Positions 49,901 to 61,900 of a stretch of DNA of 64,000 bases are shown piece after piece (positions within the stretch are counted from its first letter, which is position 1; each line of letters starts with the position of its first letter). The stretch comes from Eledone cirrhosa (taxonomy: Eukaryota): the NCBI GenBank assembly GCA_964016885.1, contig OZ024741.1, positions 3,162,001 to 3,226,000 of the forward strand, written 5' to 3'. The position numbers and the translations under genes were made by a program. The notes under the pieces were generated by a model, which was not told the origin of the DNA, made no database searches, and was given only the letters and a program-made list of their open reading frames with translations.

Positions 49901-52900
49901 TTGATGTAGTCTTAGTAGATAGACTTGGTGTAGTCTTAAAAGTTAGACTTGGTCTAGACTTAGAAGGTAGACTTGTTGTAGTCTTAGTAGGTCCACTTGG
50001 CATCGTGTAGACTTGGTGTAGTCTCTAGTAACTAGAGTTGGTGTAGTCTTAGTAGGTAGACATAGTGTACTCTTAGTAGACACACTTGGTGTGGTTAGTA
50101 GGTAGACTTGGTGTAGTCTTAGAAGGTAGACTTGGTGTAGTCTTAGAAGGTAGACGTGGTGTAGTCTTACTAGGTAGAATTTGTGTAGTCTTAGAAGGTA
50201 GACTTGGTGTAGTCTTAGAAGGTAGACTCGGTGTAGTCTTAGTATATAGACTTGGTGTAGTCTTAGTAGGTAGTATTGGTGTAGACTTAGAAGGTAGAAT
50301 TGGTGTAGTCTTAGAAGGTAGATTTGGTGTAATCTTAGTAGAAAGATTGGTGTAGTCTTAGAAGGTAGACTTGGTGTAGACTTAGAAGATAGATTTGGTG
50401 TAGTCTTACAAGGTAGATTTGGTGTGGTCTTAGAAGGTAGACTTAGTATAGTCTTAGAAGTTAGACTTGGTGTAGTCTTAGTAGACAGACTTGGTGTAGT
50501 CTTAGTAGGTAGATTGGTGTGGTCTGAGAAGGTACACTTCATGTAGTATTAGTAGACAGACTGGGTGCAGTCTTAGTAGACAGACTTGGTGTGGTCTTAG
50601 TAGGTAGACCTGGTGTAGTCTTAGTAGACACACTTAGTGTAGTCTCTGTAGGTAGACTTGGTGTGGTCTTAGAAGGTAGACTTGGTGTAGGCTTAGAAGA
50701 CAAACTTGGTGTAGTCTTAGTAGACAACTTTGGTGTAGTCTTAGTAGGTAGACTGGGTGTAGTCTTAGAAGGTAGACTTCATGTAGTCTTAGAAGTTAGA
50801 CTTCGTTAAGTCTTAGTAGACAGACTTGGTGAAGTCTTAGTAGACAGACCTGGTGTAGTCTTACTAGGTAGACTTGGTATAGTCTTAGTAGATAGACTTA
50901 GTGTAGTCTTAGAAGACAGACTTCGTGTAGTCTTAGTAGGTAGACTTGGTTTATTCTTAGAAGATAGACTTAATGTAGTCTTAGAAGACCAATTGGTGTA
51001 GTCATAGTAGGTAGTCTTGGTGTAGTCCTAGAAGGTATATTGGTGTAGTCTTAGTAGACTGACTTGGTGTAGTCTTAGTAGGTAGACTTGGTATGGTCTG
51101 AGAAGGTAGACTTGGTGTAGTATTAGTAGATAGAATGGGTGCAGTCTTAGTAGGTAGACTTGGTGTAGTCTTAGTAGACACACTTGGTGTAGTCTCTGTA
51201 GGTAGACTTGGTGTAGGCTTAGAAGACAAACTTGATGTGGTCTTAGAAGGTAGACTTGGTGTAGTCTTAGTAGACAGACTTGGTGTAGTCTTAGTAAACA
51301 CACTTGATGTAGTCTCTGTAGGTAGACTTGGTGTAGTCTTAGAAGGTAGACTTGGTGTAGGCTTAGAAGACAAACTTGGTGTGGTCTTAGAAGGTAGATT
51401 TGGTGTAGTCATAGTAGACAGACTTGGTGTAGAATTAGAAGGTAAACTTGGTGTAGTGTTAGTAGAGAGACTTGGTTTAGTCTTAGAAGGTAGACTTGGT
51501 GGAGTCTTAGTAGACAGACTTGGTGTAGTTTTAGTAGGTAGACTTGGTGGAGTCTTAGTAGACAGACTTGGTGTAGTTTTAGTAGGTACACTTGGTGTAG
51601 TCTTAGTAGACAGAGTTGGTGTAGTATTAGTAGGTAGACTTGATGTAGTCTTAGTAGGTAGTCTTGGTGTAGTCTTAGTAGATAAACTTGGTGTAGTCTT
51701 AGAAGTTAGACTTGGTCTAGACTTAGAAAGTAGAATTGGTGTAGTCTTAGTAGGTACACTTGTTGTCGTGTAGACTTGGTATAGTCTCTAGTAACTAGAG
51801 TTGGTGTAGTCTTAGTAGGTACACTTGGTGTAGTCTTAGTCGACAGACTTGGTGTAGTCTTAGAAGTCAGACTTGGTGTAGTCTTAGAAGGTAGACTTGG
51901 TGTCGTCTTAGTAGGTAGACTTGGTGTAGTCTTAGTAGACAGACTTGGTGTAGTCTTAGTAGGTAGATTGGTGTGGTCTGCGAAGGTACACTTGGTGTAG
52001 TATTAGTAGACAGACTGGGTGCAGTCTTAGTAGGTAGACTTGGTGTAGTCTTAGTAGACACACTTGGTGTAGTCTTAGTAGGTAGACTTGGTGTAGTCTT
52101 AGTAGACACACTTGGTGTAGTCTCTGTAGGTAGACTTGGTGTAGTCTTAGAAGGTAGACTTGGTGTAGGCTTAGAAGACAAACTTGGTGTGGTCTTAGAA
52201 GGTAGACTTGTGTAGTCTTAGTAGACAGACTTGGTGTAGTCATAGTAGACAGACTTGGTGTAGTCTTAGAAGGTAAACTTGGTGTAGTCTTAGATGGTAG
52301 ACGTGGTGTAGTCTTAGTAGACATACTTGGTGTAGTCTTAGTAGGTAGACTTGGTGTAGTGTTAGTAGAGAGACTTGGTGTAGTCTTAGTAGATAGACTT
52401 GGTGTAGTCTTAGAAGGTAGACATGGTCTAGACTTAGAAGGTAGACTCGGTGTAGTCTTAGCAGGTACACTTGGTGTCGTGTAGACTTGGTGTATTGTAT
52501 CTAGTAAGTAGACTTGGTGTAGTCTTAGTAGGTAGACTTGGTGTAGTCTTAGTAGACAGACTTGGTGTAGTCTTAGAAGGTAGACTTGTTGTAGTCTTAC
52601 TAGATAGACTAGGTGTAGTTTTAGTAGTTAGACTTGATGTAGTCTTAGTAGGTAGACCTGGCGTAGTCTTAGTAGGTAGACTTGGTGTAGACTTAGTAGG
52701 TGGACTTGGGGTAGTCTTAGTAGACAGACTTGGTGTTATCTTAGTAGGTAGACTGGGTGTAGTCTTAGAAGGTAGACTTCATGTAGTCTTAGAAGGTAGA
52801 CTTTGTGAAGTCTTAGAAGGTAGATTTGGTGTAGTCTTAGTAGACAGACTTGGTGAAGTCTTAGTAGACAGACTTGGTGTAGTCTTACTAGGTAGACTTG

Positions 52901-55900
52901 GTATAGTCTTAGTAGATAGACTTAGTGTAGTCTTAGAAGACACATTGGTGTAGTCATAGTAGGTAGTCTTGGTGTAGTCCTAGAAGGTAGACTTGGTGTA
53001 GTCTTAGTAGACAGACTTGGTGTAGTCTTAGTAGGTAGACTTGGTGTGGTCTGAGAAGGTACACTTGGTGTAGTATTAGTAAACAGAATGGGTGGAGTCT
53101 TAGTAGGTAGACTTGGTGTAGTCTTAGTAGACAGACTTTGTGTAGTCTTAGTAGGTAGACTTGGTGTAGTCTTAGTAGACACACTGTGTGTAGTCTCTGT
53201 AGGTAGACTTGGTGTAGTCTTAGAAGGTAGACTTGGTGTAGGCTTAGAAGACAAACTTGGTGTGGTCTTAGAAGGTAGATTTGGTGTAGTCATAGTAGAC
53301 AGACTTGGTGTAGAATTAGAAGGTAAACTTGGTGTAGTGTTAGTAGAGAGACTTGGTGTAGTCTTAGAGGGTAGACTTGGTGGAGTCTTAGTAGACAGAC
53401 TTGGTGTAATTTTAGTAGGTAGACTTGGTGTAGTCTTAGTAGACAGTGTTGGTGTAGTCTTAGTAGGTAGACTTGTTGTAGTCTTACTAGATAGACTTGG
53501 TGTAGTCTTAGTAGGTAGACTTGATGTAGTCTTAGTAGGTAGTCTTGGTGTAGTCTTAGTAGGCAGAGTTGGTGTAGTCTTAGTAGGTAGACTTGGTGTA
53601 GTGTTAGTAGAGAGACTTGGTGTAGTCTTAGAAGTTAGACTTGGTCTAGACTTAGAAGGTAGACTTGGAGTAGTCTTAGTAGGTACACTTGGTGTCGTGT
53701 AGACTTGGTGTAGTCTCTAGTAACTAGAGTTGGTGTAGTCTTAGAAGGTAGACTTGGTGTAGTCTTAGTAGACAGACTTGGTGTAGTCTTAGAAGTCAGA
53801 CTTGGTGTAGTCTTAGAAGGTAGACTTGGTGTTGTCTTAGTAGGTAGACATGGTGTAGTCTTAGTAGACAGAGTTGGTGTAGTCTTAGTAGGTAGACTTG
53901 TTGTAGTCTTACTAGATAGACCTGGTGTAGTCTTACTAGGTAGACTTGGTATAGTCTTAGTAGATAGACTTAGTGTAGTCTTAGAAGACAGACTTCGTGT
54001 AGTCTTAGTAGGTACACTTGGTGTATTCTTAGAAGATAGACTTAATGTAGTCTTAGAAGACCAATTGGTGTAGTCATAGTAGGTAGTCTTGGTGTAGTCG
54101 TAGAAGGTAGACTTGGTGTAGTCTTAGTAGACTGACTTGGTGTAGTCTTAGTAGGTAGACTTGGTATGGTCTGAGAAGGTACACTTGGTGTAGTATTAGT
54201 AGACAGAATGGGTGGAGTCTTAGTAGGTAGACTTGGTGTAGTCTTAGTAGACACACTTGGTGTAGTCTCTGTAGGTAGACTTGGTGTAGTCTTAGAAGGT
54301 AGACTTGGTGTAGGCTTAGAAGACAAACTTGGTGTGGTCTTAGACGGTAGATTTGGTGTAGTCTTAGTAGACAGAGTTGGTGTAGTCATAGTAGACAGAG
54401 TTGGTGTAGTCTTAGAAGGTAGATTTGGTGTAGGCTTAGAAGACAAACTTGGTGTGGTCTTAGAAGGTAGACTTGGTGTAGTCTTAGTAGACAGACTTGG
54501 TGTAGTCTTATTAGACACACTTGATGTAGTCTCTGTAGGTAGACTTGGTGTAGTCTTAGAAGGTAGACTTGGTGTAGGCTTAGAAGACAAACTTGGTGTG
54601 GTCTTAGAAGGTAGATTTGGTGTAGTCATAGTAGACAGACTTGGTGTAGAATTAGAAGGTAAACTTGGTGTAGTGTTAGTAGAGAGACTTGGTGTAGTCT
54701 TAGAAGGTAGACTTGGTGGAGTCTTAGTAGACAGACTTGGTGTAGTTTTAGTAGGTAGACTTGGTGTAGTCTTAGTAGACAGAGTTGGTGTAGTCTTAGT
54801 AGGTAGACTTGTTGTAGTCTTAATAGATAGACTTGGTGTAGTATTAGTAGGTAGACTTGATGTAGTCTTAGTATTTAGTCTTGTTTAGTCTTAGTAGGCA
54901 GACTTGGTGTAGTCTTTGTAGGTAGATTTAGTGTAGTGTTAGTAGAGAGACTTGGTGTAGTCTTAGTAGATAGACTTGGTGTAGTCTTAGAAGTTAGACT
55001 TGGCCTAGACTTAGAAGGTAGACTTGGTGTAGTCTTAGTAGGTACACTTGTTGTCGTGTAGACTTGGTGTAGTCTCTAGTAACTAGAGTTGGTGTAGTCT
55101 TAGTAGGTACACTTGGTGTAGTCTTAGTAGACAGACTTGGTGTAGTCTTAGAAGTCAGACTTGGTGTAGTCTTAGTAGGTAGACTTGTTGTAGTCTTACT
55201 AGATAGACTTGGTGTAGTCTTAGTAGGTAGACTTGATGTAGTCTTAGTAGGTAGACTTGGTGTAGTCTTGGTAGTCAGACTTGGTGTAGTCTTAGTAGGT
55301 AGACTTGGGGTAGTCTTAGTAGAAAGACTTGGTGTATTCTTAGTAGACAGACTTGGTGTAGTCTTAGTAGGTAGACTGGGTATAGTCTTAGTAAGTAGAC
55401 TTGGTGTAGTCTTAGAAGGTAATTTGGTGAAGTCTTAGAAGGTAGATTTGGTGTAGTCTTAGTAGACAGACTTGGTGTAGTCTTAGTAGACTGACTTGGT
55501 TTAGTCTTACAAGGTAGACTTGGTGTAGTCTTAGTAGGTAGACTTGGTGGAGTCTTAGTAGACAGACTTGGTGTAGTCTTAGTAGGTAGACTTGGTGTAG
55601 TCTTAGTAGACACACTTGGTGTAGTCTTAGTAGATAGACTTGGTGTAGTCTTAAAAGTTAGACTTGGTCTAGACTTAGAAGGTAGACTTGTTGTAGTCTT
55701 AGTAGGTCCACTTGGCATCGTGTAGACTTGGTGTAGTCTCTAGTAACTAGAGTTGGTGTAGTCTTAGTAGGTAGACATAGTGTACTCTTAGTAGACACAC
55801 TTGGTGTGGTCTTAGTAGGTAGACTTGGTGTAGTCTTAGAAGGTAGACTTGGTGTAGTCTTAGAAGGTAGACGTGGTGTAGTCTTACTAGGTAGAATTTG

Positions 55901-58900
55901 TGTAGTCTTAGAAGGTAGAATCGGTGTAGTCTTAGAAGGTAGACTCGGTGTAGTCTTAGAAGGTAGACTCGGTGTAGTCTTAGAAGGTAGACTCGGTGTA
56001 GTCTTAGAAGGTAGACTCGGTGTAGTCTTAGTATATAGACTTGGTGTAGTCTTAGTAGGTAGTATTGGTGTAGACTTAGAAGGTAGAATTGGTGTAGTCT
56101 TAGAAGGTAGATTTGGTGTAATCTTAGTAGAAAGATTGGTGTAGTCTTAGAAGGTAGACTTGGTGTAGACTTAGAAGATAGATTTGGTGTAGTCTTACAA
56201 GGTAGATTTGGTGTGGTCTTAGAAGGTAGACTTGGTATAGTCTTAGAAGTTAGACTTGGTGTAGTCTTAGTAGACAGACTTGGTGTAGTCTTAGTAGGTA
56301 GATTGGTGTGGTCTGAGAAGGTACATTTCATGTAGTATTAGTAGACAGACTGGGTGTATTCTTAGTAGGTAGACATGGTGTAGTCTTAGTAGACAGAGTT
56401 GGTGTAGTCTTAGTAGGTAGACTTGTTGTAGTCTTACTAGATAGACTTGGTGTAGTCTTAGTAGGTAGACTTGATGTAGTCTTAGTAGGTAGACTTGTTG
56501 TAGTCTTAGTAGTCAGACTTGGTGTATTCTTAGTAGACAGACTTGGTGTAGTCTTAGTAGGTAGACTTGGGGTAGTCTTAGTAGACAGACTTGGTGTATT
56601 CTTAGTAGACAGACTTGGTGTAGTCTTAGTAGGTAGACTGGGTATAGTCTTAGTAAGTAGACTTGGTGTAGTCTTAGAAGGTAGTTTGGTGAAGTCTTAG
56701 AAGGTAGATTTGTTGTAGTCTTAGTAGACAGACTTGGTGAAGTCTTAGTAGACAGAGTTGGTGTAGTCTTACTAGGTAGACTTGGTATAGTCTTAGTAGA
56801 TAGACTTGGTGTAGTCTTAGAAGACAGACTTGGTGTAGTCTTAGTAGGGAGACTTGGTGTAGTCTTAGAAGATAGACGTCGTGTAGTCTTACTAGGTAGA
56901 CTTAGTGTAGTCTTAGAAGACACATTGGTGTTGTCATCGTAGGTAGACTTGTTGGAGTCCTAGAAAGTAGACTTGGTGTAGTCTTAGTAGACAGACTTGG
57001 TGTAGCCTTAGTAGGTAGACTTGGTGTGGTCTGAGAAGGTACACTTGGTGTAGTCTTAGTAGACAGACTTGGTGTTGTCTTAGTAGGTAGACTTGTTGTA
57101 GTCATAGAAGACAGACTTGGTGTAGTCTCTGTATGTAGACTTGGTGTAGTCTTAGAAGGTAGACTTGGTGTAGGCTTAGAAGTCAAACTTGGTGTGGTCT
57201 TAGAAGTTAGACGTGGTGTAGTCTTAGTAGACAGACCTGGTGTAGTCTTAGTAGATAGACTTGGTGTAGTGTTAGTAGAGAGACTTGGTGTAGTCTTAGT
57301 AGATAGAATTGGTGTAGTCTTAGAAGGTAGACTTGCTCTAGACTTAGAAGGTAGATTTGGTGTAGTCTTAGTAGGTACACTTGGTGTCGAGTATACTTGG
57401 TGTAGTCTTAGTAGACAGACTTGGTGTAGTCTTAGATGTCAGACTTGGTGTAGTCTTAGATGTCAGACTTGGTGTAGTCTTAGAAGGTAGACTTGGTGTT
57501 GTCTTAGAAGACCGTCTTGGTGTAGTCTTAGAAGGTAGACTTGGTGTAGTCTTAGTAGGTACACTTGGTGTAGTCTTAGAAGGTAGACTTAGTGGAGTCT
57601 TAGAAGACACATTGGTGTAGTCATAGTAGGTAGTCTTGGTGTAGTCCTAGAAGGTAGACTTTGTGTAGTCTTGGTAGACAGACATGGTGTTGTCTTAATA
57701 GATAGACTTGATGTAATCTTAGTAGGTAGACTTGGTGTAGTCTTAGTAGACAGACTTGGTCTAGTCTTAGTAGGTAGACTTGGTGTGGTCTGAGAAGGTA
57801 CACTTGCTGTAGTATTAGTAACAGACTGGTTGTAGTCTTAGTAGTTAGACTTGGTGTAGTCTTAGTAGACAGACTTGGTGTGGTCTTAGTAGGTAGACTT
57901 GGTGTAGTCTTAGAAGGTAGACTTGGTGTAGTCTTAGAAGGTAGATATGGTGTAGTCTTACTAGGTAGACTCTGTGTAGCCTTAGAAGGTAGACATGGTG
58001 TAGTCTTAGAAGGTAGACTCGGTGTAGTCTTAGTATATAGACTTGGTGTAGTCTTAGTAGGTAGTATTGGTGTAGACTTAGAAGGTAGACTTGGTGTAGT
58101 CTTACAAGGTAGATTTGCTGTAATCTTAGTAGACAGACTTGGTGTAGTTTTACAAGGTAGATTTGGTGTGGTCTTAGAAGGTAGACTTGGTATAGTCTTA
58201 GAAGTTAGACTTGGTGTAGTCTTAGTAGACAGACTTGGTGTAGTCTTAGTAGGTAGATTGGTGTGGTCTGCGAAGGTACACTTGGTGTAGTATTAGTAGA
58301 CAGACTGGGTGCAGTCTTAGTAGGTAGACTTGGTGTAGTCTTAGTAGACACACTTGGTGTAGTCTTAGTAGGTAGACTTGGTGTAGTCTTAGTAGACACA
58401 CTTGGTGTAGTCTCTGTAGGTAGACTTGGTGTAGTCTTAGAAGGTAGACTTGTTGTAGTCTTAATAGACAGACTTGGTGTAGTCTTAGTAGTCAGACTTG
58501 GTGTATTCTTAGTAGACAGACTTGGTGTAGTCTTAGTAGTTAGACTTGGGGTAGTCTTAGTAGACAGACTTGGTGTATTCTTAGTAGACAGACTTGGTGT
58601 AGTCTTAGTAGGTAGACTGGGTATAGTCTTAGTAAGTAGACTTGGTGTAGTCTTAGAAGGTAGTTTGGTGAAGTCTTAGAAGGTAGATTTGTTGTAGTCT
58701 TAGTAGACAGACTTGGTGAAGTCTTAGTAGACAGAGTTGGTGTAGTCTTACTAGGTAGACTTGGTATAGTCTTAGTAGATAGACTTGGTGTAGTCTTAGA
58801 AGACAGACTTGGTGTAGTCTTAGTAGGGAGACTTGGTGTAGTCTTAGAAGATAGACGTCGTGTAGTCTTACTAGGTAGACTTAGTGTAGTCTTAGAAGAC

Positions 58901-61900
58901 ACATTGGTGTTGTCATAGTAGGTAGACTTGGTGGAGTCCTAGAAAGTAGACTTGGTGTAGTCTTATTAGACAGACTTGGTGTAGCCTTAGTAGGTAGACT
59001 TGGTGTGGTCTGAGAAGGTACACTTGGTGTAGTCTTAGTAGACAGACTTGGTGTAGTTTTAGTAGGTAGACTTGTTGTAGTCTTAGTAGACACATTTGGT
59101 GTAGTCTCTGTATGTAGACTTGGTGTAGTCTTAGAAGGTAGACTTGGTGTAGGCTTAGAAGTCAAACTTGGTGTGGTCTTAGAAGTTAGACGTGGTGTAG
59201 TCTTAGTAGACAGAGCTGGTGTAGTCTTAGTAGATAGACTTGGTGTAGTGTTAGTAGAGAGACTTGGTGTAGTCTTAGTAGATAGAATTGGTGTAGTCTT
59301 AGAAGGTAGACTTGGTCTAGACTTAGAAGGTAGACTTGGTGTAGTCTTAGTAGGTACACTTGGTGTCGAGTAGATTTGGTGTAGTCTTAGTAGGTACACT
59401 TGGTGTCGAGTAGACTTGGTGTAGTCTTAGTAGACAGACTTGGTGTAGTCTTAGATGTCAGACTTGGTGTAGTCTTAGAAGGTAGACTTGGTGTTGTCTT
59501 AGAAGACCGTCTTGGTGTAGTCTTAGAAGGTAGACTTGGTGTAGTCTTAGTAGACAGACTTGGTGTAGTCTTAGTAGACAGACTTTGTGTAGTCTTACAA
59601 GGCAGACTTGGTGTAGTCTTAGAAGGTAGACTTGGTGGAGTCTTAGTAGACAGAGTTGGTGTAGTCTTAGTAGGTAGTCTTGGTGTAGTCGTAGTAGGCA
59701 GAGTTGGTGTAGTCTTAGTAGGTAGACTTGGTGCAGTGTTAGTAGAGAGACTTGGTGTAGTCTTAGTAGAGAGACATGGTGTCGTGTATACTTGGTGTAG
59801 TCTCTAGTAGGTAGACTTGGTGTAGTCTTAGTAGGTAGATTGGTGTAGTCTTAGTACACAGACTTGGTGTAGTCTTAGAAGTCAGTATTGGTGTAGTCTT
59901 AGAAGGTAGACTTGGTGTTGTCTTAGAAGACATTCTTGGTGTAGTCTTAGAAGGTAGACTTGGTGTAGTTATAGTAGACAGACCTGGTGTAGTCTTAGTA
60001 GACTGACTTGGTTTAGTCTTACAAGGTAGACTTGGTGTAGTCTTAGTAGGTAGACTTGGTGGACTCTTAGTAGACAGACTTGGTGTAATTTTAGTAGACT
60101 GACTTGGTGTAGACTTAGTAGACAGCTTTGGTGTAGTCTTAGTAGGTAGACTTGTTGTAGTCTTACAAGATAGACTTGGTGTAGTCTTAGTAGGTAGACT
60201 TGTTGTAGTCTTAGTAGGTAGACTTGGTGTAGTCTTAGTAGGCAGACTTGGTGTAGTCTTAGTAGGGAGAATTGGTGTAGTCTTAGTAGACAGACTTGGT
60301 GTAGTCTTAGTAGACAGACTTGGTGTAGTCTTAGTAGGTAGACTTGGGGTAGTCTTAGTAGACAGACTTGGTGTAGTCTTAGTAGACAGCTTTGGTGTAG
60401 TCTTAGTAGGTAGACTGGGTTTAGTCTTAGAAGGTAGACTTCATGTAGTCTTAGAAGGTAGACTTGGTTTAGTCTTGGTAGACAGACTTGGTGTAGTGTT
60501 ATTTATTAGACTTGGTGTAGTCTTAGAAGGTAGACTTGGTGAAGTCTTAGGAGGTAGATTTTGTGTAGTCTTACTTGCTAGACTTGGTATAGTCTTAGTA
60601 GATAGACCTAGTGTAGTCTTAGAAGTCAGACTTGGTGTAGTTTTAGTAGGTAGAATTGGTGTAGTCTTATAAGATAGACGCGGTTATAGTCTTACTAGTT
60701 AGACTTAGTGTAGTCTTAGAAGACACATTGGTGTAGTCATAGTAGGTAGAGATGGTGTAGTCCTAGAAGGTAGACTTGGTTTAGGATTAGAAGACAAACT
60801 TGGTGTGGTCTTAGTAGACAGACCTGCTGTAGTCATAGTAGACAGATTGGTGTAGTCTTAGAAGGTAGACTTGGTGTAGTCTTACAAGGTAGACGTGGTG
60901 TAGTCTTAGTAGACAGACTTGGTGTAGTCTTAGTAGGTAGACTTGGTGTAGTTTTAGTAGACAGACTTGGTGAAGTCTTAGTAGACAGACTTGGTGTAGT
61001 CTTACTAGGTAGACTTGGTATAGTCTTAGTAGATAGACTTAGTGTAGTCTTAGAAGACAGACTTGGTGTAGTCTTAGTAGGGAGACTTGGTGTAGTCTTA
61101 GAAGATAGATGTCGTGTAGTCTTACTAGGTAGACTTAGTGTAGTCTTAGAAGACACATTGGTGTTGTCATAGTAGGTAGACTTGGTGTAGTCCTAGAAAG
61201 TAGACTTGGTGTAGTCTTAGTAGACAGACTTGGTGTAGTCTTAGTAGGTAGACTTGGTGTGGTCTGAGAAGGTACACTTGGTGTAGTCTTAGTAGACAGT
61301 CTTGGTGTAGTCTTAGTAGACTGACCTGGTTTAGTCTTACAAGGTGGACTAGGTGTAGTCTTAGTAGGTAGACTTGGTGGAGTCTTAGTAGACAGACTTC
61401 GTGTAATTTTAGTAGACTGACTTGGTGTAGACTTAGTAGACAGCATTGGTGTAGTCTTAGTAGGTAGACTTGATGTAGTCTTAGTAGGTAGACTTGGTGT
61501 AGTCTTAGTAGGCAGACTTGGTGTAGTCTTAGTAGGTAGACTTGGGTTAGTCTTAGTAGACAGACTTGGTGTAGTCTTAGTAGACAGACTTGGTGTAGTC
61601 TTAGTAGGTAGACTTGGGGTAGTCTTAGTAGACAGACTTGGTGTAGTCTTAGTAGACAGCTTTGGTGTAGTCTTAGTAGGTAGACTGGGCTTAGTCTTAG
61701 AAGGTAGACTTCATGTAGTCTTAGAAGGTAGACTTGGTTTAGTCTTGGTAGACAGACTTGGTGTAGTCTTATTTATTAGACTTGGTGTAGTCTTAGAAGG
61801 TAGACTTGGTGAAGTCTTAGAAGGTAGATTTGGTGTAGTCTTAGTAGACAGAGTTTGTGAAGTCTTAGTAGACAGACTTGGTGTGGTCTTACTAGGTAGA